From contig CALZHT010000007.1 of NCBI GenBank assembly GCA_945787445.1, positions 2,598 through 66,597 of the forward strand: a stretch of DNA of 64,000 bases. The letters run 5' to 3'. Below the pieces are notes generated by a model. The model made no database searches and had not been told where the DNA came from. It saw nothing but the letters and a program-made list of their open reading frames with translations. Shown here in pieces: positions 36,843 to 44,640 of this stretch (position 1 is the first letter of the stretch; the number at the start of each line of letters is the position of its first letter). The stretch comes from an uncultured Desulfobulbaceae bacterium. Lineage in GTDB: Bacteria; Desulfobacterota; Desulfobulbia; Desulfobulbales; CALZHT01. The translations under genes were made by a program, and so were the position numbers.

Positions 36843-38045
36843 TTAAATAAGAACAAATTTGTCATGTTTTTCATTCCAGCGTGCCCAAAGAATCCAGATG
36901 ATTAGGATCAACAGGAACACCGGTGCGGTTAAATACCACGTAACGACCTTTGGCAGAAAAGTTCCAGTGCCGAGTTTTGGATCGAGGCCGCTCGTCTTAA
37001 GGAACAGGTTGACCATGGGATTGGTGAGGGCGAAGGCCACCAGGGTTACCATCAGTTTTGTGTGGCCTTCACCGACTCGCCAGAGGGTGCTGCTGGCACA
37101 ACCGCCGGCAAGCAGCATGCCGGTGCCAAAAATTATGCCGCCCACAAGACTTCCTATCCAGAAGGGATGGTAGACGCCCATCATGTCAGGCTGCAGGTAA
37201 TTCCACTTAATAACAGCGGATCCTAAGCCGTAAACCATTAAACTGATTGATACGGCCTGCACCATCTTGGCCTCGCCGGTCATAAAGGGACAGCGAAAGG
37301 CACGTGAAAAGCAGAACCTGGACCTGTGCATGATGATACCGATGAGCAGTCCGAAAAAGAGGAGACCGCCCAGCTGTGTTTTATCAAAAACATCATAGAT
37401 GTAAAATAGCGCAATGAATGAGAGCAGAAAGATCCCTCCGATATAGGGTTGCACTTTGGTCCAATTAAAGGCTTGCGTCTTGGCTGCCGGAGGTGCAGAT
37501 GGTTTTGCCGGCAGATGCTCCATTTCCCAAAGCAGAATGCGCAGTCCGAGATTGGCACCAACTCCAAGTCCGATCATCATGGCGTAGCCGCCCATGGAAA
37601 ACATGCCCAATGCGGTGTAAAATCCTCCGACATTACAACCGCCTGCAAAAGCGGCGCCTGTTCCCATGAGAATGCCGCCAATTATTCCTTTGGTATATTC
37701 ACGGCCGGAAGTTCCCCGGATCCCAAACTGTTTGCTCAACAATGCAGAAATAAACGCCCCGGAAAGGAGGCCGATATTGGTCAGCGACATGGTGTTGAGC
37801 CATGGGGTAGTATCCGGCTTGGCATCGGTTATACCGACCAAATAATAAAACCACTGGCCCCAGTTTTTATAGCCGCCGGCAATGCCCCACGGCCCCTGCC
37901 ACATAAAGATAATGAGCGCCATGACTCCCATGAAGATTCCAGCCAGCCATGCGGGCCACTCCTTTTGAAAGATGGCGATATAAGCAGCACTGAAATCCTC
38001 CCTGGTGCTGCTCAAGAAGCTTTCGTTTTCCATGCTATGTATCAC
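36843..38045 (-). CDS. YeeE/YedE-family sulfur-compound (thiosulfate-type) permease
   Basis: Polytopic membrane protein with two conserved Cys motifs, GGCNVGG and GGCASSTLWR. The gap to the cytochrome gene is 18 nt. Confidence 0.75.
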   Translation of the reverse strand: MIHSMENESFLSSTREDFSAAYIAIFQKEWPAWLAGIFMGVMALIIFMWQGPWGIAGGYKNWGQWFYYLVGITDAKPDTTPWLNTMSLTNIGLLSGAFISALLSKQFGIRGTSGREYTKGIIGGILMGTGAAFAGGCNVGGFYTALGMFSMGGYAMMIGLGVGANLGLRILLWEMEHLPAKPSAPPAAKTQAFNWTKVQPYIGGIFLLSFIALFYIYDVFDKTQLGGLLFFGLLIGIIMHRSRFCFSRAFRCPFMTGEAKMVQAVSISLMVYGLGSAVIKWNYLQPDMMGVYHPFWIGSLVGGIIFGTGMLLAGGCASSTLWRVGEGHTKLMVTLVAFALTNPMVNLFLKTSGLDPKLGTGTFLPKVVTWYLTAPVFLLILIIWILWARWNEKHDKFVLI

Positions 38046-38086
38046 TCCAATTCAAGTCTCGTATTGTTCAATAAGTGTTTCGAAAT

Positions 38087-39751
38087 TTAGAAACGCAGGG
38101 TTGCTGAAAGATAGGCATTCCAGACTTTGTCAACCACCGGAAAGAAGGCATCCAGGCTGGTGATCTCCGTGATTTCCACCGGAGCACCGAGGGGATTGCC
38201 GCTGCCGGTATATTTATAGTCATAATACTGGTAGCCCAGCTTCAGGAAGAAATTGTCTTCCACAATCGGCTGAATGTAGTAGCCTTCGTATACCTGACCC
38301 CTGGCTGCCATCTTGCTGGCAATAAGGGAATCTTCGGCCCCGGTAAAGTTGAACCAGTATTTTGAACCCCAGTTGTATTCCAGGCCGAACCTTGCATCCA
38401 GTGGCATGGGCAAGACAATACCGGCAAAAAACCCATAACCGTGATGTGATTCAAGCTGGCCGTTGGAGCTCAATAATCCATGACCCAGGATTTCGAAGAA
38501 AGGATTCTTGGAAAGTTGAGAAGGATCGGTGTGGGACCATGAAGGAGCCAAAAAGATGTCGATTTCTTTCACCTTGGTGCGCAGGAGAAGGGAAGTTGCC
38601 ATCCAGTCACCGATATTGGTGGAAGGCTCCATCCTGCTTATGAATCCGCCGCTATTCTGATCAAAGAAATATTCGTCGGTGCCATCGCTGTCAGTATCTT
38701 GTTTGGAAACGATAAAGGGCATAACGGTCAGGCCGGTAAATCCATCAGTTATATCGGATGCATATGCATAGTTCAGTTCCAGCTTGGTGGTGTCATCATC
38801 AAAGATCGAGGCAATGAAACCTATCATGTGTACATCGTCGACCTGGGGCCTGGTATTGAGGGAGAAGCTGTTGCCCCAGTCGCCTTCAAAACCCACGCCA
38901 TAGCAGATTTTGAAGGCAGCGCCGGGGACATTGGTCGCTTCTTCAAACCCAAAGCTCAAAGAGGCGCCGTCGAACTGCCAGTTGATTATGGTGGCATGAG
39001 GAGAGCCGCCTTCAAGGCTGTAATTGCCATATTCGAGCGGCGGACCTTCAGTGGAGGGCCTTCTGCCGAAGGATACGTTGTATGGGATATTGCCCATCCG
39101 GTTCTTGTAATTAAAATAGGCACGCTCCAGCCTGATGGTATCGCCGTGCGGCAGGCTTGAAGTATTGCCGTCAAAGGTGACGTCACCGAGGCTGCCCTGG
39201 TTGAACTTCACACCGCTGGAGTCGCCGTATACTTTATAGGCGGCAAGTCGGCCGGCAAAACCCAGGTTGTTGTTTACCTTGGCTTTCATATTTAGCCGGA
39301 ACTTGTTGGTGTAGATGATGTCGTTATTAAAATCGTGCTTTTCAACCGGGGGGACCATGTTGTTCTGGAGCATGCCCCCTATCATTTGTCTGGCCTCAAG
39401 AAGAGTAGCTCCACGAAAACCGCTGAGAGGGTCGGTGACATTTGTAAAAGGCCTGAAAAAACCTTGGATCAGGGAGTTGGGTGCAAAGGCCATGTCCTCA
39501 TAATGGATGGAATCGGCCTTGGTGCGGAGTTCCACCCCGAAAGAGATCTTGTCGGTTGCGGTATGGAGTTCCGCTTCATTCAAGCGCTCGTCAAGTTCCT
39601 CAACGGTCTCTTCCAATTCTTTGACTTTCTTTTGCAATTCTTGCACATCTTCAATTGCCATGGCCGATATCGGTGTAAAGGCGCCAAGCAGAAACACAGA
39701 GCCGGTCAATAGTGAGAAAAGTTTTAATTTTAATCTGTTAGTACCATTCAT
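38087..39751 (-). CDS. outer-membrane barrel protein with N-terminal coiled coil (DUF3373-like)
   Basis: Signal peptide (..PISAMA), coiled coil ELQKKVKELEETVEELDERLNEAE, then a long beta-strand-rich region ending YLSATLRF. I recall this layout from the DUF3373 family. Confidence 0.55.
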   Translation of the reverse strand: MNGTNRLKLKLFSLLTGSVFLLGAFTPISAMAIEDVQELQKKVKELEETVEELDERLNEAELHTATDKISFGVELRTKADSIHYEDMAFAPNSLIQGFFRPFTNVTDPLSGFRGATLLEARQMIGGMLQNNMVPPVEKHDFNNDIIYTNKFRLNMKAKVNNNLGFAGRLAAYKVYGDSSGVKFNQGSLGDVTFDGNTSSLPHGDTIRLERAYFNYKNRMGNIPYNVSFGRRPSTEGPPLEYGNYSLEGGSPHATIINWQFDGASLSFGFEEATNVPGAAFKICYGVGFEGDWGNSFSLNTRPQVDDVHMIGFIASIFDDDTTKLELNYAYASDITDGFTGLTVMPFIVSKQDTDSDGTDEYFFDQNSGGFISRMEPSTNIGDWMATSLLLRTKVKEIDIFLAPSWSHTDPSQLSKNPFFEILGHGLLSSNGQLESHHGYGFFAGIVLPMPLDARFGLEYNWGSKYWFNFTGAEDSLIASKMAARGQVYEGYYIQPIVEDNFFLKLGYQYYDYKYTGSGNPLGAPVEITEITSLDAFFPVVDKVWNAYLSATLRF

Positions 39752-39866
39752 ATGGGTCCTCCTGTACGATTAATTACCTCCCGTGGTTTCGAGCAGGCCT
39801 CGCTGGAGAACTGTTAACATTTTGTTTCCGTAACAGCCCTCGACGTATTACCGAGCATGTAAAAAA

Positions 39867-39881
39867 GCAAGATCTGTGCCA
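39867..39881 (-). promoter_or_regulatory. sigma-54 (-24/-12) promoter of the barrel/YeeE/cytochrome operon
   Basis: Plus strand GCAA-GATCT-GTGCCA reads TGGCAC-AGATC-TTGC on the minus strand, an exact consensus match. It lies 116 nt upstream of the start codon at 39751. Confidence 0.65.
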
Positions 39882-39975
39882 GTATATTAGAATATACTTA
39901 AATATTAATTATCGGATATACTATATTGAATTTAATAGATTTATTATTTTTCCATTGTGAATGCCCATTCATGGT

Positions 39976-40023
39976 GTTAACATATCGTTAACGAATGTAA
40001 ACATTAACTGTTAACAGGTTAAC
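39976..40023. promoter_or_regulatory. array of GTTAAC palindromes (candidate enhancer/UAS or operator)
   Basis: Perfect GTTAAC at 39976, 39987, 40010 and 40018, plus GTAAAC at 39997 and ATTAAC at 40003. The array lies 95-142 bp upstream of the sigma-54 promoter and directly before the activator gene. Confidence 0.5.
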
Positions 40024-40039
40024 AGTCTTGGAGAACAGG

Positions 40040-41419
40040 ATGGACGAGATTGCTGAAAATTGGAAAACCATAGTGGATACGCTTCGTGATGGGCTTTTGG
40101 TAGTTGATAATAAAGGCGATATTCAAGCAATTAATCGATCAACAGAATACCTCACTGGATATAAGGCGGATGAACTTGTCGGTAAATCCTGCCGGATCTT
40201 GAACTGTACGGGGTGCAAGGAAAGTGAATTTGGTGTGGACGGGAAATGGTGCAAACTTTTCAGGATCGGGCAAAGCCGTAATAAAAAGTGCCTAATAACA
40301 AACAAAGAAGGAAGAATTGTTCAGGTGCTTAAGAGCGCCACCGTTCTCAAGGGCAATGATGGAAAGGCAATGGGCGCGGTGGAAACTCTCACGGATATAT
40401 CAGAGATCGAGCGCCAGCACCAAGAGATTATGAACCTGCGCCGAGCCTTTCAAGTGGACCAGGGCTTTCATGGTATTCTTGGCAAATCGCCGGTAATGCA
40501 GAGAATGTTCGAACTCATTGATAGTGTTGCCCAGACCGATGCACCGGTGATGATTCAAGGGCAGAGCGGCACTGGTAAGGAACTTGTTGCCCGGGCTATT
40601 CACGATGCCGGCCCCCGTAGAGACAAGCCCTTCATTAAGGTCAACTGTGCCGCCTTGAATGAAAACCTCCTGGAGAGCGAATTGTTCGGCCATGTTAAGG
40701 GCGCTTTCACTGGGGCTGACCAGAATCGCATCGGCCGCTTTGAGGCAGCCCATGAAGGCACCATTTTTCTTGATGAGATCGGCGATATTCCGCTATCTAT
40801 CCAGGTTAAACTCTTGCGGGTCCTAGAAGAAAAAGAAATCGAGCGAGTGGGCAGCCATACTCCGATATCGGTGAATGTGCGAATAATCACCGCAACCAAC
40901 AGGAGCCTTGAGGACCTGATTACCGAGGGAAAATTTCGCAAGGATTTTTATTTCCGGATTAATGTGTTTCCCCTATGCTGCCCTCCACTCCTGGAACGTT
41001 GGGAGGACATCCCCCTTATTATTCAGCATTTCATTTCCACCACCAACAAAATCAACACGGAGAAAAAGATACAGGGGATTACTCCAGGGGCAATGGAAAA
41101 AATCCTGCTCTATCCTTGGCCCGGCAATATCAGGGAACTCCGCAATGTCATTGATTATGCATTTGTTTTGTGCCCAGGCGGAGAGATCGACATCCAGCAT
41201 TTGCCGCCCAAAATCTTGGCCTCGGAAGGAAATATGCTGAAAACAATCGTTGGCAACCCTAAAAAGGTAACGGAGAGGGAAAGATTACTTGCAGCACTCC
41301 GCCGAACGGCTGGTAACCAATCAGAAGCCGCAAAAATACTTGGAGTAAGCAGGGTGACGGTGTGGAAGAAAATCAAGAGACTCGGCATTAATCTTGATTA
41401 TGAAATTACAAGTTTCTGA
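40040..41419 (+). CDS. sigma-54-dependent activator with Cys-rich PAS sensor
   Basis: The PAS-like N-terminus contains C-x4-C-x2-C-x11-C-x12-C. The AAA+ module has GQSGTGKE and ESELFGHVKGAFTGA. The Fis-type HTH is AAKILGVSRVTVWKKIKRL. Start taken at ATG 40040 (GGAGA upstream). Confidence 0.85.
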   Translation: MDEIAENWKTIVDTLRDGLLVVDNKGDIQAINRSTEYLTGYKADELVGKSCRILNCTGCKESEFGVDGKWCKLFRIGQSRNKKCLITNKEGRIVQVLKSATVLKGNDGKAMGAVETLTDISEIERQHQEIMNLRRAFQVDQGFHGILGKSPVMQRMFELIDSVAQTDAPVMIQGQSGTGKELVARAIHDAGPRRDKPFIKVNCAALNENLLESELFGHVKGAFTGADQNRIGRFEAAHEGTIFLDEIGDIPLSIQVKLLRVLEEKEIERVGSHTPISVNVRIITATNRSLEDLITEGKFRKDFYFRINVFPLCCPPLLERWEDIPLIIQHFISTTNKINTEKKIQGITPGAMEKILLYPWPGNIRELRNVIDYAFVLCPGGEIDIQHLPPKILASEGNMLKTIVGNPKKVTERERLLAALRRTAGNQSEAAKILGVSRVTVWKKIKRLGINLDYEITSF

Positions 41420-41816
41420 TATCTCCTATCAGCTGTTAAGGGAGCACGTGGCCTATAGGATATATGGTATCCTTGAGTGGCCAGTATTTACTTTTCATAA
41501 ACGCTGATGTGAGCATGGAGAAGAGCATATTAAAAGGGGCTCTTTCATACTGCATGCGAAAAAACGGGACCATCTGTTCATGTTATTTGAAGTTGCCTCT
41601 CGCGCCGCTGAAACAGGATCTCCCTTTTATTTTGACACGTTGCCCAGTATATACTTTAAAGCTATAAACTTCTCTGGTGATGTGTATAAAAATCAGTTGC
41701 GGTCCATCATGTCCCGTACCTGATGAGAGTAACAGAAAAATCCAATAAGATTAGCACGTTGAAAATAACTATTTGATATTGCAATGTTTTTATTTTTGCG
41801 TAGCTGGTTTTTTTCT

Positions 41817-41846
41817 TTGACACATCAATTTTTTTCTATTTATACT
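41817..41846 (+). promoter_or_regulatory. candidate sigma-70 promoter
   Basis: TTGACA (41817-41822), an 18-nt spacer, then TATACT (41841-41846). Confidence 0.5.
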
Positions 41847-41851
41847 TTGGT

Positions 41852-41983
41852 ATGGATATGATATTTTTATGTCCACTTTGTTTTCAAAAAGTGCATGGTA
41901 CTTATGAATCTGGAAAGCCGAGCTTTTCACATATAAAGCCTTTCTGAAGTTGCAATAACGGATCAGGAAGGCTTTATTTTTTT
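41852..41983 (+). ncRNA. candidate ~130-nt small transcript (sRNA or leaderless micro-ORF mRNA)
   Basis: Bounded by the promoter above and a strong terminator. ATG 41852 lies 6 nt after the -10 and opens a 31-codon ORF, MDMIFLCPLCFQKVHGTYESGKPSFSHIKPF (stop 41945-41947). Confidence 0.35.
41935..41983 (+). terminator. rho-independent terminator
   Basis: 13-bp stem AAAGCCTTTCTGA / TCAGGAAGGCTTT with one G-U position, a 15-nt loop, then ATTTTTTT. Confidence 0.65.
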
Positions 41984-41987
41984 GACG

Positions 41988-42085
41988 ATAAAGCCAAACC
42001 CGTTGCGAAGCGGGGGCGGAAAACCACGGGTTTCAAGAAAACAGCCGGGTTGCCGAAACAAAGCGATGCCCGGCTTTCACTTTTT
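41988..42085 (+). promoter_or_regulatory. candidate GEMM-I-like (cyclic-dinucleotide) riboswitch with terminator
   Basis: GCCAAA-[CCCGUU GCGA AGCGGG]-GGCGGAAAACC-ACGGG mirrors the Vc2 core GGCAAA-[CCAUUC GAAA GAGUGG]-GACGCAAAGCC-UCCGG as I remember it. A stem AGCCGGG(43-49)/CCCGGCU(69-75) plus a U-run follows. Confidence 0.3.
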
Positions 42086-42147
42086 GGGGAGAAAGAAACG
42101 AACGCTTTTCTTTCTTTCCTGAATCTGCCAAGGACGAAGATATTGTA

Positions 42148-42444
42148 ATGGTATTTACGTTCCCTTTTCACGCCTGGAAAATTCAAATTTTGTTCCCATG
42201 GAATAGATTGAAAGTCAAGCTCGGCAACTATGCCGGGTTTGAGGTTGGAGAACAGCCCATCGATCTGCGTTTTGCAGATCGCCGGTTTGTTGCTCGGGAA
42301 ATTAAAAATCTATGGCGCGAATAGAAGTATGATTTTTTCAAAGTGAATCATGAGGATGGGATGCAGTATCTTTTCGAAACGGCAGAACAAGCAATGGCTG
42401 GCATGTTGAAAAAATGTGGCAGTCATAAACAGGAGGTAGGTTAA
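42148..42444 (+). pseudogene. 98-codon frame interrupted by in-frame TAG (42322-42324), coupled to the next gene
   Basis: MVFTFPFHAWKIQILFPWNRLKVKLGNYAGFEVGEQPIDLRFADRRFVAREIKNLWRE*KYDFFKVNHEDGMQYLFETAEQAMAGMLKKCGSHKQEVG. The final TAA overlaps ATG 42444 (TAATG). Positions 42181-42212 resemble the R3 left end. Confidence 0.4.
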
Positions 42445-42926
42445 TGTACAAAGGCCAACACGAAAGAAGAGACAGGCTGGTAAAAGAGAGGCATCATGAC
42501 ACATACAAGGGACGCCGCAAGTGCGCCTCCGCCACGCTCTGCATGAACTGTGACGCCATTTTTGTGGATGGCAGATGGACTTGGATAAAGGGAGTGGAAT
42601 CAATCAAAAAAACGGTTTGCCCCGCCTGTCGACGAATTAAGGATAATTACCCGGCCGGGCAAATTGAAATAAGCGGATCTTTCTTTGAAAGACATCAGCA
42701 TGAACTCTTAAATCTAATCCGCAACCGCGAAAAGCAAGAAAAAGAGCAACACCCCATGGAAAGAATAATGGATATTGGAGCCGACAAGGGTTATGCCATG
42801 ATTACCACCACCGGTGTGCATTTGGCCCGTCGCATCGGCGAGGCCCTGGCCCATTCTTATCAGGGTGAATTGGACTTTCAGTATGGCGATGCAGAAAAAA
42901 CCATAAGAGTTTCATGGAAGAGATAA
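42444..42926 (+). CDS. BCAM0308-family protein (function unknown)
   Basis: 160 aa with RRDRLVKERHHDTYK, CMNCDAIFVDGRWTW, CPACRRIKDNYPAGQ and TTTGVHLARRIGEAL. This matches my recollection of that family. AGGAGG RBS. Confidence 0.6.
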   Translation: MYKGQHERRDRLVKERHHDTYKGRRKCASATLCMNCDAIFVDGRWTWIKGVESIKKTVCPACRRIKDNYPAGQIEISGSFFERHQHELLNLIRNREKQEKEQHPMERIMDIGADKGYAMITTTGVHLARRIGEALAHSYQGELDFQYGDAEKTIRVSWKR

Positions 42927-42956
42927 TCTAATTAATCCCTATCGATTAGGGGAATA

Positions 42957-42995
42957 GGAGCAGGATGGCAGACCCATCCCTGCTCCTTTTTTTTA
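42957..42995 (+). terminator. rho-independent terminator
   Basis: Stem GGAGCAGGATGG / CCATCCCTGCTCC with one bulge, followed by T8. Confidence 0.7.
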
Positions 42996-43113
42996 TGTTT
43001 TGAAAGTCAACTGCGCATAGAGCAGCTTGCATTATTCACACCCGAAGCTTACAATGTTTTTAAGCGTTTGCTAAAAAATAGGTATATGTCCAGAGGCAAT
43101 AAAAGAGGGGCTA

Positions 43114-44619
43114 ATGGCCGAAGCGTCAAATTCTTCCACACCTGAAAAATTAGGCAAATACACCATTGAATCTGAGTTGGGCAAAGGCTCAATGGGTATT
43201 GTCTACAATGCCATGGATCCTGTAATAGAGCGCCGCGTGGCCCTGAAAACCATTCGCCGAGACTTTCTTGATCCTGAAGAAGCCGATGAAATAATATCCC
43301 GTTTCAAACGGGAGGCCCAAGCGGCTGGCAGGCTAAATCATCCCAATATTGTTACTGTTTATGAATATGGCGAGGAAGAAAATACCGCTTTTCTCGCCAT
43401 GGAGTTTGTCAATGGACGCGAACTCAAGGACATCTTCCAGAATCGGGAATGGTTTTCCCTAGATAACAGCATAAAAATCATGGACCAACTCCTGGAGGCT
43501 CTCTCCTATTCCCACAAGAAAGGAGTTGTCCATAGGGACATCAAACCCGGAAATATTATTGTCATGGATAACGGTCGCATTAAAGTGACCGATTTCGGTA
43601 TCGCTCGCATAGAGTCATCCAACCTCACCCAGTTGGGTTCGGTCATGGGCACCCCGAATTATATGTCGCCGGAACAGGTTGAAGGGCAGAGGGTGGACGG
43701 CCGCTCCGATATCTTTTCCGCCGGAGTGATTTTCTATCAGCTGCTGACCGGTGAAAAGCCTTTTGGCGGTGACTCCATCACCACCATCATGCACAAGGTT
43801 ATGCATGTTGATCCGATCAATCCCTCGGAGCTTAATGTTTCTGTCCCAACCGCTTTTGACGCTGAAATAAAAAAAGCCCTGGCAAAAAATCCTGATGACC
43901 GCTTCCAAACCGCAGCAGAATTCGCCAAGGCAATTCAAGAAGCAATTAATAGAGGTGCTTCTGGGAAAAACGCAAAAAAGACAAAAGATGATGCTACAGT
44001 TTTACAGTCCTCTGTTTCTACAAAACCTCCAAAAGCAGGCAGGGCCAGGCCGGCTGGGCAACCTTTGCGAAAGGCCCTTTTCATAGTTTTTCTCTTGCTG
44101 CTCATCGGGTTCATATATAACGCATGGCATGTACTGCAGCAGGACCTACCAAATCTCATTGAAAAGAAAGCTCCTTACCTCAAGGAATGGGTGCCGTTAG
44201 GCACTACAGCCGGTGTTAAGAATATTGAACCAAAAAAGAGGAAAAAAATCGTTACGCCTATAAAGGCAGGAGGGCAAAAACCACAGCCCAAAATGGCAGT
44301 GAAACGGGCGCCAAATAAGCCTGCGCCGCAGACGGTGGAGCAAGAGAAAGTAACGCAAACAGTAGTAAAAAAGCCAATAAAGAAAGAGGCGAAACTTGCC
44401 TCTATCCCAAAAAATAAGACTCCCGAGACATCTCCTGCACTCGTACCCAGGGTTTACTCACGAGAAACTATTCCTGCGCCTGATCTTACCCAAAAACAAT
44501 CCCCTGCTGAAATATCCAATGACAACCAAAAAGCAAAGGAAAATTCAGCTGGTCCTGCCTATACGCGGCGGATTGTATCAGGAGGAGGGGGGAGGGTGTT
44601 AAACGATGAAGATTGGTAA
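43114..44619 (+). CDS. Hanks-type Ser/Thr protein kinase, membrane-anchored with Lys/Pro-rich tail
   Basis: Motifs GKGSMGIVY, VALKTI, HRDIKPGNI, DFGIA and GTPNYMSPE. TM segment ALFIVFLLLLIGFIY. Confidence 0.9.
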   Translation: MAEASNSSTPEKLGKYTIESELGKGSMGIVYNAMDPVIERRVALKTIRRDFLDPEEADEIISRFKREAQAAGRLNHPNIVTVYEYGEEENTAFLAMEFVNGRELKDIFQNREWFSLDNSIKIMDQLLEALSYSHKKGVVHRDIKPGNIIVMDNGRIKVTDFGIARIESSNLTQLGSVMGTPNYMSPEQVEGQRVDGRSDIFSAGVIFYQLLTGEKPFGGDSITTIMHKVMHVDPINPSELNVSVPTAFDAEIKKALAKNPDDRFQTAAEFAKAIQEAINRGASGKNAKKTKDDATVLQSSVSTKPPKAGRARPAGQPLRKALFIVFLLLLIGFIYNAWHVLQQDLPNLIEKKAPYLKEWVPLGTTAGVKNIEPKKRKKIVTPIKAGGQKPQPKMAVKRAPNKPAPQTVEQEKVTQTVVKKPIKKEAKLASIPKNKTPETSPALVPRVYSRETIPAPDLTQKQSPAEISNDNQKAKENSAGPAYTRRIVSGGGGRVLNDEDW

Positions 44620-44640
44620 GAAGTTTTTCGTCTTAGCAGG

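Noticed and set aside
41705-41740. CCTGATGAGAGTAACAGAAA recalls the hammerhead ribozyme CUGAUGA...GAAA core.
   Set aside because: No stem II can form between the two core blocks, and no flanking stems I and III or a cleavage-site triplet could be found.
42322-42324. The in-frame TAG as a pyrrolysine codon.
   Set aside because: No pyl genes or methylamine methyltransferase context occur in the window. TAG serves as a normal stop for the sat-like gene (9370-9372). A pseudogene or chance frame is the more economical explanation, but the frame is kept as a low-priority finding.
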